Assembly (NCBI GenBank): GCA_010405405.1
Contig: MU004247.1
Location: 124,001-188,000, forward strand
DNA length: 64,000 nucleotides
Direction of reading: 5' to 3'
Source: Microthyrium microscopicum
Taxonomy: Eukaryota
Both the position numbers and the translations under genes were made by a program. The notes beneath the pieces were generated by a model. That model searched no databases. It saw nothing but the letters and a program-made list of their open reading frames with translations, and was not told the origin of the DNA. This document shows, in pieces, positions 42,604 through 54,388 of this stretch. The stretch's first letter is position 1. Every line of letters begins with the position of its first letter.

Positions 42604-45600
42604 ATGCCTCGACGAGGAATTTTACCCTCGCCCTCCCGGCTAGCCATACTATACATTCTAGGCATTGCCACGGCTCAGCAGCAGCCCCAGCAGCACCAAC
42701 GCCGCTCTTCTCCACAAGAAGATGCAGCTCTTCGCCTACTCACACCAAACCCAAACTCGCTCCCCAACAACGAGCGCGCCATAGCGACCTTTGCTCCGGA
42801 GGCTCTTGAGCCTACTGTCCGAGCACCAAACCCTGCCAAACCCGCAGCCAGCCGGCCCGCATCACTCAATAATGGTGGTGTTACATCAGCCGGTAGAGCG
42901 CGCTCTTTACAGGATTGGGAAGTCGAGAACTTTGTTCTACTGGCGACCGTCGATGGATCCATATATGCCCGTGATCGGACTACCGGTCATGAGATATGGA
43001 AATTCAACACCGAGACCCCAATGGTCGAAACCATCTACCACCGACGACTTGCCGGTTCATCCTCCAACTTTTCAGACGAACGAGACAAGTGGACTTGGAT
43101 CGTCGAACCCAATCAAGACGGAAGTCTATACGTATTCATCCACGGCCCAGGCGCCGGAATACAAAAGCTAGGACCTACTGTCAAAGAACTCGCCGACAAA
43201 CTTTCTCCATGGGTCAGCGAGGAATCACCATTTGTCTATACAGCCGAAAAGCGAAATACACTCATCACATTGAATGCTACCAATGGAGCCGCCATAAAAT
43301 ACTTTAGTGCCGGAAGTTCTGGCTTTGTTGATAGCAGAAGTTGTAGAAGCGTTAAAGCTCTGGAAATGGAAGAGGAGGACGAATGTGAACCGACCCCAAC
43401 CATCAACATTGGTCGAACTGAATATGTTGTCAGCATCCACGACAAGGATACTGGAGAGGGAATTTGCACCATAAAATATTTCGAATGGACACCCAACAAC
43501 CGTGACAGAGACCTGCAATCCCAATACGCATCAACCATGGACAACAAATACATCTATTCCCGCTACGATGGTGGAATCATTGCTCTAGAGCAAGCCAAGA
43601 AACAATCCGACAATCGCTTTCTTTACAAGAAACAATTCACCTCACCGGTTGTTCGAGTATTTGACGTGGCAAGACCTCAAGGAGTTGACTCACGTGAGAT
43701 TCCTCTCGTCCTTCTTCCTCAACCGGTTGCTCCAACAGCAAGCCGTGATGAGGCTGAAAATGTCTTTATCAACTGCACAGAGTCCGGAAGCTGGTATGCG
43801 CTGTCCGAGTTGAGCTATCCTTCGGTCACAGACGGTGCCTCGGATGCCAAGTGCTACACTTCAATTGCCGACGATCAGTTTAAAGAAGCCAAAGATGATT
43901 TCCCTATCGCCGAGCTCATTGGCGTTCATTCACTCGCAGAAGCCACGAAGCAAAGACAGCAGAGTGTCCCTGGAATTGGAGCTCCTGAGATTGTTGTTCC
44001 CATTTCCGAACATGAACCTCCAGCTGAAGCCAAGGAACCAAATGATACAGAAAAAGAGTCGCCTCTTACCATTGATCCTCCAAGACGTCTACCTGGTAGT
44101 CCGAGCATCAAAGCTTCCATCTTTTTCACAGTTTTGATGACCATGCTTATTTCGTATCTTTTCAAGAGCGTTGACCCAAAGAAGTTCCGGGAGCTCCTCG
44201 GAGATCAGCCTTCAAGCAAACTCAAAGAGCCAAAGGTCGATGCTACCATCACGGTGGAAGACTTCGCCAAAACTGATGCCAAGGCGGTAGACGACATTGG
44301 CCAAATTGTGGAAGAGATCGATGCCAAACACAGGGTGCCTCTCGTAGAAATCAAGAATGATACCGTTGCAGGAGCAGATGGCGGAAATGACGACTTGTCA
44401 CTTCAACTCACAGCTTCCAATCCTGAAACCGACGTCAATGATCCCGACAAAACTCCAAAGAAGAAAAAAGCTCACCGAGGTCAACGTGGTGGCCAAAAGA
44501 GGAGAAAGGCTAAAGATAAGATCGAGTCTTCCCTCAAAGCACTTGACGAGAATAACGAAGAAGGTAAGATTTCCCCCATATCAAGCATTTTTATCCTTTC
44601 TTCATTTTGCAAACCGCGACTGAGGGCTTCCATCGCATCACATGGCAACCATCACATATGCTATACGATGCGATTTCTTACTGATCCGATTATCTCGTCT
44701 TTTCATCGCGCTTTTCTTGCGTTGGTGGCAGGGATTTTATGAATTTCTTGACGAATCTTGGTATTGCCAAAACACTCAGTGGCGCCCATCACATTCGATG
44801 AGTCCCATAGAACGTTTTCCCATCTGGGTGCTATGGGTCCCTGCGAATGCGATAGGTCCCTAGCATGCGATGAGATGTCCTTCATAAGCCTCAACTGATA
44901 CATCGGCCAATATTTTGACCTGCCGAGACTGTCCCATCGCAGTTGGTGGTCCCCATCGCATTCGATGGCTCTCATTGCACTCCACTGCTCCCATACCATA
45001 TTTTTTCTAGGATTGTGATCTTGCACTAACGACTTACAGGTGAAGCCAAAAAAATGGCAGAGTCTGTCGCTGAACATCCTCAATTGCTCCAACCTAATGG
45101 GCTGAGTCATGAAGATGGTTCAATGACCGATGTTTCTGGGAACGTTCATCTTGGTCCTCTAACGGTCTTTCGCGATAAGGTACTCGGCTATGGCAGCGGA
45201 GGCACTGTTGTCTATGAAGGCAGGTACGGTGGTCTCGAAGTTGCCGTAAAGCGAATGTTGTTGCAATATTTCGAACTGGCATCCCAAGAGGTGTCTCTAC
45301 TCCAACAAAGCGATCACCACCCAAGCATCATTAGATGGTACCACCAAACAAGGGATCGTAACTTCCTGTATATCGCTGTCGAGAAGTGTCGAACCAACCT
45401 TTACGACCTCTATCGGGACGGTGGTTCCAGAGACGGTTTAACGGACGATCAATGCAGATGCGTTGACGAGATTGGCGTAAACGTCGTGGACGCCCTTCGA
45501 CATCTCGCCTCAGGACTAAACCACTTGCACAGTCTCCGTATAATCCACAGAGACATCAAGCCTCAGAACATTCTCGTTGCGTACCCCAAGCGCAATGAAC

Positions 45601-46947
45601 AAGATAATATCCGCCTCGTAATCTCAGACTTTGGCCTCTGTCGAACCCTTCCTGACAACGCCTCCACGCTTGCTGGCACCATTGGGAATGCAGGAACCGT
45701 CGGTTGGAAAGCTCCAGAGCTAATCGGTCAACCACGCGAGGGTGGCGATGGGCGCAGCTCGCAAAATGGCGATATTGTTTCGTCCACCAGTTCTGTTGAC
45801 GGCGGCGTTTCCTCAGGTGTGAAGCGAGCTGTCGATATCTTTTCTCTTGGATGTGTCTTCTTTTACCTTTTGACCAACGGATCGCATCCTTTCGATAAAG
45901 AGGGATCAGAAGTTTGGCAGTTCGAACGCGAATACCGCATCAAGAAGGGCACCCCGGACTTTTCGAAGCTCAGATTGATGGGTGCTGATGCTGAGGAACC
46001 AATGCATCTCATTGAATGGTAAGTTTCCCCCCTGAATTCTCGTGTTTTGATGACATCCGATAGTACCCATCACACATGATGGCTGCCATCGCATTCGATG
46101 GCTCCCATGGAATGTCTTCTTGATCAAGCGTTCTGGCTTCCATCGAATGCGATGGTTATCCAGGCGTTTTGAACAACTGTTGGAGATTCTTGTCTTGGGG
46201 AGATGTTCCTATCGCACTCGTTGGCTCCCAAAAGCCATCTCACTGAGAGAGCGCTATGGCTGTCGCCGATTGTGGTGGTTATCATGAGATGCAATTGCCT
46301 TCCATCATATCAGAAGAAACCTTGAATTTCTCAATCAGACGAGATTTTTTGATCACCTTGTATGGCGCCTATCGCGCTCGATGGCTCCTATAGCACCCAT
46401 TGGGATCTCACCATGAAAACATCACATGTCGACATCCATAATTCCATACTAACAGCCTCTCAGGATGGTCTCTCACAAACCTGAAAATCGCCCTACAGCC
46501 TCTCAAGTCCTCAACCACCCCTTCTTCTGGACACCAAAAATGCGTCTCGAATTCCTCTGCGACGTCTCCGACTGGTGGGAACGGGAAATCCGTGATCCTC
46601 CATCCCAAGACCTCCTTATCCTCGAGTCGTTTGGCGAACTGGTTCATGGCGGCGACTTCTTTAGGCCACTTGATCGTAAATTTATCGACACGCTAGGAAG
46701 ACAGCGCAAGTACACAGGCGATCGCATGTTGGATCTTCTACGCGCGATCAGGAACAAGAAGAACCATTACGTTGATATGCCAGAAGACGTTAAGTTGAAG
46801 GTGGGCAAGCTACCAGAGGGGTATCTGAGCTACTGGACAGTGCGATTCCCGAGTCTGCTCATCGCGTGCTATAAGGCTGTAATGATGTGTGGGCTAGAGC
46901 GGGAGGGACAGTTTGAGCAGTATTTTGGTGCGAATGGTCGTATTTAG
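42604..46947 (+). CDS. IRE1: ER stress sensor kinase/endoribonuclease Ire1 (exons 42604-44563, 45040-46018, 46464-46947)
   Basis: Signal peptide, luminal LATVDGS, TM helix, KKKKAHRGQRGG linker, kinase GYGSGGT/HRDIKPQN/DFG/APE, KEN RNase DLLRAIRNKKNHY. Both GT-AG introns have CTAAC branch points and restore frame. Confidence 0.97.
44564..45039 (+). repeat. IRE1 intron 1 (476 nt) with dispersed and tandem 19-nt hairpin units
   Basis: Cores at 44630, 44786, 44934 and 44953, and an inverted copy at about 44840-44856. Confidence 0.85.
46019..46463 (+). repeat. IRE1 intron 2 (445 nt) with the same 19-nt hairpin units
   Basis: Cores at 46067, 46086, 46209 and 46369, and a perfect inverted copy at 46140-46155. 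Confidence 0.85.
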
Positions 46948-47509
46948 TTTGGATTTGGTTGTTTGGACTTTCATTATTCGGTGGTTGGTGTTGGATATTC
47001 TCGCAATTATACGATTCTCATTCTTGAAGCTTTTGTCCAACATACTCGATGGCTCCATTCTATCTAATAGGATCTTGAAGAAATGTGCAAACATTTTTAA
47101 TTCTCATGATAAACAAATTAGTGAGATATGGCCATCGTAGTCCATGGCGTCGATATTATTGAATGTCTTCAATAGCTTGTTATCAGATTCACCTCGAAAA
47201 GAGGAATCACCCTTTCACGATGGATACCTAGCTTCAATATTCTATTGTGTATTGACAAGTTCCGAAGCATTTTCTCTACAGGGACTACGGCTACTTCAAG
47301 ATACGCGACGAAGGGTGCACCAGCCTGTACTCGGCTAACGCAGCGAGCCACCTATAGCAACTTGAAGTCGATGTAATACATTTCTAGGACCGGCGTATAA
47401 AACCAACTATGGCTTAACACTGGCAGACCCAGATGGTCGATCACCATAAGTAGAGAATTCGGTTTCAAGTGGTCGTCGAGTATCTGATGGTGATATATCT
47501 GCCATGATG

Positions 47510-48324
47510 CGGCGATTCGTCCACTGTTTTTCGTCATAGTCCAACTCAACGTAGTGATAGATGTAGAAAGACGAATAAATGAATGAAGCAGTAGCGAGGA
47601 ATCCAAATCCCAGATAGACTATAGCAATCTAAGAGAAGATAAGCATATTAGCGCCTTATCTCATACCACTGATCAGGGAACTCACATTCGACTCTCCACT
47701 CCAAGACTTTTGATGTATAAGTGGTGAGCAGACCACGATAGTAAGTCCACCCAGGTACAAACAGACGCCATACGAGAGGCACATAGTCGCGAATTGCCAG
47801 GTGAATACCATCTTCCATCGCGCATTGCGGCCTCCCTTGCGCCCAGAATAATGCCTATTGCCATGTTCTATCGGCTTCGTCACGAGTAATGGAAGATATC
47901 TGTCGTTCACTAGCTCGATACGCGATTTCTCTGTGAGCCCTGGAGCATCTAATGGACCAAGAATGTGGAGAATTGAGAGTAGTTGGGCAGAAGTCAAAAC
48001 GCCAAATATAGATACTACGATTGCACAGTACCAGAGCGCTGATGAGAGCCAGTACGAGTCGGGAACCCAGGTCCATGAGAGTGAACCTATTACTGCTCCA
48101 GCAAGAATGGCACTCTGTTAGATGTAAGCATATCGTTGAATAGGATAACAAAATTTGAAATGACTCACGGCTATAGACGTGTACTGCAACTCTACTTCCT
48201 TTCTGGATCTCCACTGAGTAATTTGATAGTGCAGTAGGTCAACGCAATCGGGTTCAGAGCTTAAACGGGCGATGCACAGTATTGGCTCAATTGTGTTGAA
48301 GTGATAAAGTCGATAATGTGGCAA
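47510..48324 (-). CDS. Small multi-pass membrane protein, spliced (introns about 48115-48165 and 47629-47686); start and end unresolved
   Basis: QWRSRKEVELQYTSIA|SAILAGAVIGSLSW...WYCAIVVSIFGVL...VFTWQFATMCLSY hydrophobic segments. GTGAGT donors with CTAAC/CTAAT branch points. Confidence 0.6.
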
Positions 48325-49107
48325 GGTTATAACCCATAGGATAAATACTGGGTATCTCAGATTCAGGCACTATCGAGGTGTTGTTAGATACAAAGCATTA
48401 GTTATATCGGCTCTAGAATCAAACAACAGCGCTACGCAATTTGGTTTGAAACGCCAGAACGGCCGTTCGTGAAGCCAGTTTTTCTTGAACATCATACAAA
48501 AGAGATAATCTTACACTCCAAAAGGCCCGAAGCTCTAGCGAGATATATTGGATCCACTTCTTTGAACTCAACATTGAGGCTGGGTACCGTATTCAACATC
48601 GACGACCAAGCTTATCTCTTTAAGAAGGGAAAGCTGATGCAGCTGAAGGACGATAATGCCAAAGCAAAAAGAAGAGTGATGATGTACGCAAGGCATATAC
48701 AGTAGAAGCCTCAGTGGACTAGACTAGGCTGAAAGATGGAACTGAATTGGCCGGCTGCACATATTACATTGGGGGCGAAGCCGACAAGCCTGGGCCTGGT
48801 CAGTCACTGCCTTTGTACATCTAATTTGGAGCTACAGGCTACTCTAAGCCAAAGGTTTTATAGAGCTTACTGCTAGCCAATAGGATCACATATTGAATGT
48901 GGAAAGTTCTACTGATACACAGAACGAGGCACAATCGTAGGTAAACAAGTAAGTAGGTAGCCAAAGAATTGGAGGTTGTGTCAAAGTTGTGGAAACACCT
49001 GTGTCCTCTTGATTAAACAAGGCATTCATTCCTTGTGAAGGAGGTATTGAAATGGGCTTTTGTACAACACATCGAGATGTGAGATTTAGAAATTAACCAC
49101 TGCTTGA

Positions 49108-51269
49108 TTATGATTGAAGAGCTGGACCTTTCTCCTGGTACTCCCATCTCTTCATTCTACCATGACCAATGAGGCTCTGATCGTTCATTTCCAATATTTC
49201 CTTCATACGGTCTTTGAGATCTTTGTGTATACAAAGATGGGTGAGAAACTGATCCCGATCCTGGAATTCCATCTCGCAATTGCTTTCTGGGCAATAAAAA
49301 TGCGAGCCAACCGCAAATCGTTCCCAGCGTGCTCTATCTTTAGTACGCTCTCGTCTGATCTTCACTAGATTCTTTGCGCAACGTTCAAAGGATTTGATGA
49401 CCTCTCGTTTGTTAGCATAGGCGTTGAAGTTAGCCCGAATCTCCTCAAATGTAGTGTTTGCGCTACTCGGCGGGCGACAATCGTCAAGTTGCATTTGAAG
49501 AGGGTCTTCTGTGTTGTTGAAGCGGAAATAGTCAAACTCCCTGCCCCCGACAAGAGAATCACCTTGAACATGGATATGATAACTTTCTGCGTCAGTGGCA
49601 TCTTCTATGAGGCTCTTGAACCAGGGTATCAGGTTCCACGATCTTGTTGACTTGAAGGACTGCTTCCGAGATGTACCAACGCTCACCACAGTACCAACAG
49701 AGTCCATCCCGTTGAGCATTCGAATCTCGTTGGTTCCAATCGAAGTAGGATTGTTACATTCCATACCACCATCGGAGATGTCAGCCCATTTTGCTGTAGA
49801 ATTTCCCTGTGCTGAGTGTATTTTGAGGCGATAAGGATTAAAGAATGCTCGCGCGGCGATCGCTCCTCGAGCTATTTTCCAGATTTCAACCACGCCGGCC
49901 TCCCCATAATTGAAAACATTTTGGTCATGCTGATTGCCTGTGTCATTCAGCTTAGCTGGTGCTTGGCGAACAGTCACTTTGATTTGGTCGCCCATTTCAC
50001 TATTCTCTCTCCTGGGCTCTCCATTCGATACCATACTAAGATCCTCCTTTAGACCCCGTTTTGGAACCGATCGATAAGACCGAAATAGATATAATTTCTC
50101 GGAGGCCTCGTTGTTTTTAGAGTGGGATCGCACAGTCGTGACAAATCTATTAGAGATTTCATAAGCGTAAGCTGATAGTGGACGGTCTTCGATACTCACA
50201 TTTTGCACATACCGGGTCGCGAAGGCATTGTAACAGGACCACCGTGATCGTCTTTCACTTTTTCTGATCGTCTGGCTACGACATCTCTGAATACCCTCTC
50301 CACGATTCGACCGTCATATTTCACCCTGCCCATGCCAATGTCCGCTTGGCTCAAGCGTCGAGGTTTCGAAAAGATCTTCGTGGTTAAGTCCCGATATTCC
50401 TGTAGGCAGTCGGCTACCGTCATTCGAAACCGACCAAGCATTATTGCAATGAGACTATCGAAGAAGAATTTAGCGGCTTATGAGGGGGAAACAGCTATTG
50501 AACAAACTTACGCGCCTGTACTCGAGCCGCAGATGTAATCAAAATAATGACATGGCAGATATCTTCGGTCGGCGTGCGTTGCACCAAAAATCGCATCATC
50601 AAATCCATCTCCATGCTGAAGTTTGATTCTTTCCTTTTTGACAGCCTCCGTAGGGCCGTCAGCCACGTGTGACACATTATTAGGATAGGCCTCTGGCCAA
50701 AAACTGTGTAAACCCTTACGGCTGTCTTTCGTCCATTTCCGGGCTTTCAATCGAAGGCTAAATCGATGTCGAGCGTGGAGCCAGCTGCGAACTGCGCGCG
50801 GGATCTCCGCTGTGCTTTTCCTATCGTCTTCATCGTCTTGATCCATGTGTTGAAGAGATTCTCTTGACTCCTCTGCGATCAATTGGCTGGCCCAGGCACC
50901 ACTATTGGCGGCCGTGTGATGGATGGGACCTAATCTTCTCTGCATCCCACCCATAACTTGAGTTTCTTCTGCACTGTCTTCATACTTCTCTTCTTCTTCT
51001 GCTATGTACACCATGAGCATTTGGAGAACGAGTAAACTCCAATATCCACGTACGCCTCCTCCATCTTTACAAGGGTTAGAAAACTGACGAGCATGACAAT
51101 GAGATTGATTGTACACACCAAGGCTAAGAAGGTTGAGCTTGCGCCAATTTTCGTCTTGGATTGAGAAAGGTTCCAAAAGTTCCGACTCTCTGCTGGATTC
51201 TGCGTCTCGTAGCGCAGAGACGTCGGATTCGGTGGAGGCTCGAGCAACGGGACGGATTGGAGGATCCAT
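49108..51269 (-). CDS. Patatin-like phospholipase (iPLA2-type) with C-terminal C2H2 finger (4 exons; first intron 51065-51118)
   Basis: LLSL|DGGGVRG, FDYICGSSTG, LIAIMLGR, SDGG..NNP, SVGT. C-terminal CPESNC-x12-HLCIH. Confidence 0.88.
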
Positions 51270-51887
51270 CAGTGGCCGCCTCCAAGCTCAAAGAAAGGTT
51301 TCAGAGATTGTGAAACCACGAGATCATGCTTAGCTCTGTATCCCCAGCATCCTACCCCGGCTTTATGAGGAATGCGGCCCGTAATGCCATGTCTCAAATA
51401 TCTTTTGAGTTTAGTGGAAAAGAAACTACGGATTCTGATCTTGAAAGAGCCTCAGTGCTACTCTGGCTTACGATGTCGAGGTTCTCTTGGTGCGCCTCTA
51501 CCCAGCCACCTCAGCCTGATGAGCTTTACATTGCATTTTCTTCAGCCCACTTCGAATGTGGTGTATAACGGACGAATCAGGATGAATGGCAATCGGGTCT
51601 TTTAAAGCAGGACTCCTGTTCTGGCTGAGAAGCCCACACCTCGCATTTCATCTCCAAAATGCCTTGCATAAATTACTGCAAAAGTGTGGCAGTCACGGCG
51701 GCAAGTGATCGGGACACCCCACTGATTGGAGATGATCGCAACGGTGGAAATGACATTATTGGCGCAGTCCGTAAGGACTGAAATCGGTGAACAAATTCTG
51801 CATATACGAGTTAAAAACAAAATATAGCCTTTATCTGGCTGAGGGTATTCCCCATGAGGGGCATGATAGACCTATGAGAATAAAATT

Positions 51888-52557
51888 GGGACTTGCTAAA
51901 CGGCCCCTACTTTCTAGCTAATCTGCCCATCGCTTCCAGCTAATCTGCCCCTGTAGTATCCGAAGCCGAGATCTTAGGGCAAGATACCCTGACACTAACC
52001 AAAAGTAAACTAGTCTCATCCGCATCAAGCTTAGCCCAAGCTATATTACAGGGGGGTCAACCACTAGCGTCAAGACCTACGTAATAATTCCTCAACGTTA
52101 TCACAACAAAATTCCTCAACACTACACCCTTCAGCTCAACCAACACCACAACGCGAAGGACAAGGAGGGCGAGCTTATAGGAAGTAATTATAACATTGTT
52201 ATACCAAAAACGGGGTCAAGATACGTTACAGAATAATTATTTTATGCTTCAAAAATAGTGAAGAGATGTTATATAGTTAGGATTCCATAGATCTTGTGGT
52301 TTCACGCCCAAAATTGTAGAATTCTTGGGATTGTAGCTTCAAAGTTACTAGCATAGTTTGAGGGTTTTAGCTTTCCAAATATCAGATCTTTGGACACCAA
52401 AATTATGCTCCAGTACCGCTACAACACCATGAATTTTATCATAGACTTCCTATTTAGGAATAGCTTCAGAATATCTCGGCTTCGGATACTACAGGGGCAG
52501 ATTAGCTGGAAGCGATGGGCAGATTAGCTGGAAAGTAGGGGCCGTTTAGCAAGTCCC
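51888..52557. mobile_element. Non-autonomous Mutator-like element (MULE/MITE), 670 bp
   Basis: 85-bp TIRs (51888-51972 and 52473-52557, one mismatch) starting with GGG. 9-bp TSD AATAAAATT at 51879-51887 and 52558-52566. Confidence 0.95.
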
Positions 52558-53109
52558 AATAAAATTTACCACGAGTACAGGTAGTTGTGAGTAGTAGTTA
52601 TACCTATATCATTGTCGTATCCTGGTCGTTGCTCACCATGCCTGTCTACCCAGGCGAACTATCAGGTCGTTAGGCTAGTACGGACATCTTTGAACCCAGT
52701 ACATCGGCAACTAAGAGAACCCGTAGATCAGGGGGCGTTATTGGTGATCAACCCTATTTTGGGCTTGATGCCCAAGACTTGGAAGCGAGTTTGATTACCC
52801 CAGCTGACCGGTAGCTGCAAGGCCGATTGAAGTAGTGGTTGCGTCGTTCCAGGAATCATAAACCAAAGGTGTATGATTGGTGCACACCTCTCTTTTTCGG
52901 GCGTCGCGCCTGCTCTTCCGTGGCAATTTGCATGAGCATTCACTTTAGCAGGGGGAGGCGAAGGATCCACGATCGTGTAACTCGACTATGCCTTGCAGCC
53001 ACTCTGGCATTCATAATCCTCGAACACCTACCCAAATTCTGATAACTTGCACTCATAAAATTCGATCTGGATCTCAGAAAAAGTGACATTTTCGGCTTAC
53101 TCTACAACG

Positions 53110-53566
53110 ATGAACGTCAACCGCTATTCGCAGGCTTCTCAAACTCCTAGCTCAGAATCAGAACGTTCAAAATCAGGACGCTCACGGTCAGGAAGCTCAA
53201 AGAAAGCGCTGAAATACGAACCAGGAATCGACTTTGTCGAAATATGTGACGAGAACGCATACAGTGGTAAGAATTCTGGGTGACGGAAGCTTGATTGTGA
53301 GAACACTGACGCATCCAGAGAATTCCAAGTTCTTACGCTTGAACATACCCGATAAGGAGCGAAAAGCAAAAGAAATTCGTCTCTGGTACAATCCCGTGGG
53401 GAACGCCGAGCTGTCTTCGTGGTGCATGCAATCTGAGTTGAAGAGCGGCCAAAAGGGTGCATATATTCCTCTCACAAAACTGAGACTAGACAAGCTTATG
53501 GGGAATCAACGATTCAGGGGAAAGAGCGACATCAAGCATGTTTCAACGTTGTATATTAGTCGATGA
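53110..53566 (+). CDS. Small hypothetical protein (intron 53267-53318)
   Basis: A GTAAGA...CTGAC...CAG intron joins two ORFs in frame. Confidence 0.55.
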
Positions 53567-54388
53567 ATCTTCCAATGACATCTGAAGTACGATATCAAGA
53601 CCACCTTGAAGGGCACGATGATCTCCAAATTTTATTCGAGTTTATATACCCCGAGAGGAGGTTTCATTGCATGTTGTCACATCAGCTCATTATTGAGGCG
53701 GATCATATTCTAGCAACTCCTGGAGCGCAGTAACTTTGCAACTCCATGAAGATCAGTCGAATATCATTGTCCTGTTGCGATAATGAGGTCCGGTAACTAG
53801 TTTTCTTAGTGGAGCTGGGGAGCGAGTTGCCAAGGTATATTTCTTGCAGCGTTCGTATTTCAGTGAGAAAAGGAGTTCTGAAATGTTTGAGCCGGGTGCA
53901 CACCATCTTCTTTGCAGAATTTGCTCGCTGTAGACTCTAGATGGTGAAATGTCAGAGATGAGCCACATAATAGCATAGTAGTAAGTAATCATAGCCGTGT
54001 GATCAGGCTGAGATTAGGCTGAGGTCGCTTGTCATCTCTTCTCTAAGTTAGTCCCTCGGTAATCGGGAAAGAATTGAGTTGAAGCGGGGCGGGCAAGGCA
54101 GACTCGGACCCCCGCATGTATGTGGCTGACGCCAACTATTGTGTGTATTTGCATATTCGTGCAATAAACACGATAGATTGAACCCGAGATACAATCCCTA
54201 CAGGCGTCTGGAACTAAGGTTGGCGCCTGCTGGTAACCAAAAGAGCTTTTCAGTAAATGCATGGCAGCAGAACATAGTGGCCTCAGCCTAGAGCATCATC
54301 TAATCATTATGTCCAATGTCAATAGGTGGATGGAAGACTAAACATCGATGATAGACTTTTGCTTGGAGCTTTGTTTTTCATTGAGATT

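Noticed and set aside
44934..44968. Intronic hairpins as canonical Ire1 (HAC1-type) splice sites
   Set aside because: The loops are 4 nt and lack the CNG|CNG 7-nt consensus.
44564..46463. IRE1 intronic repeats as a CRISPR array
   Set aside because: Eukaryotic introns, irregular spacing, degenerate copies in both orientations, no cas genes.
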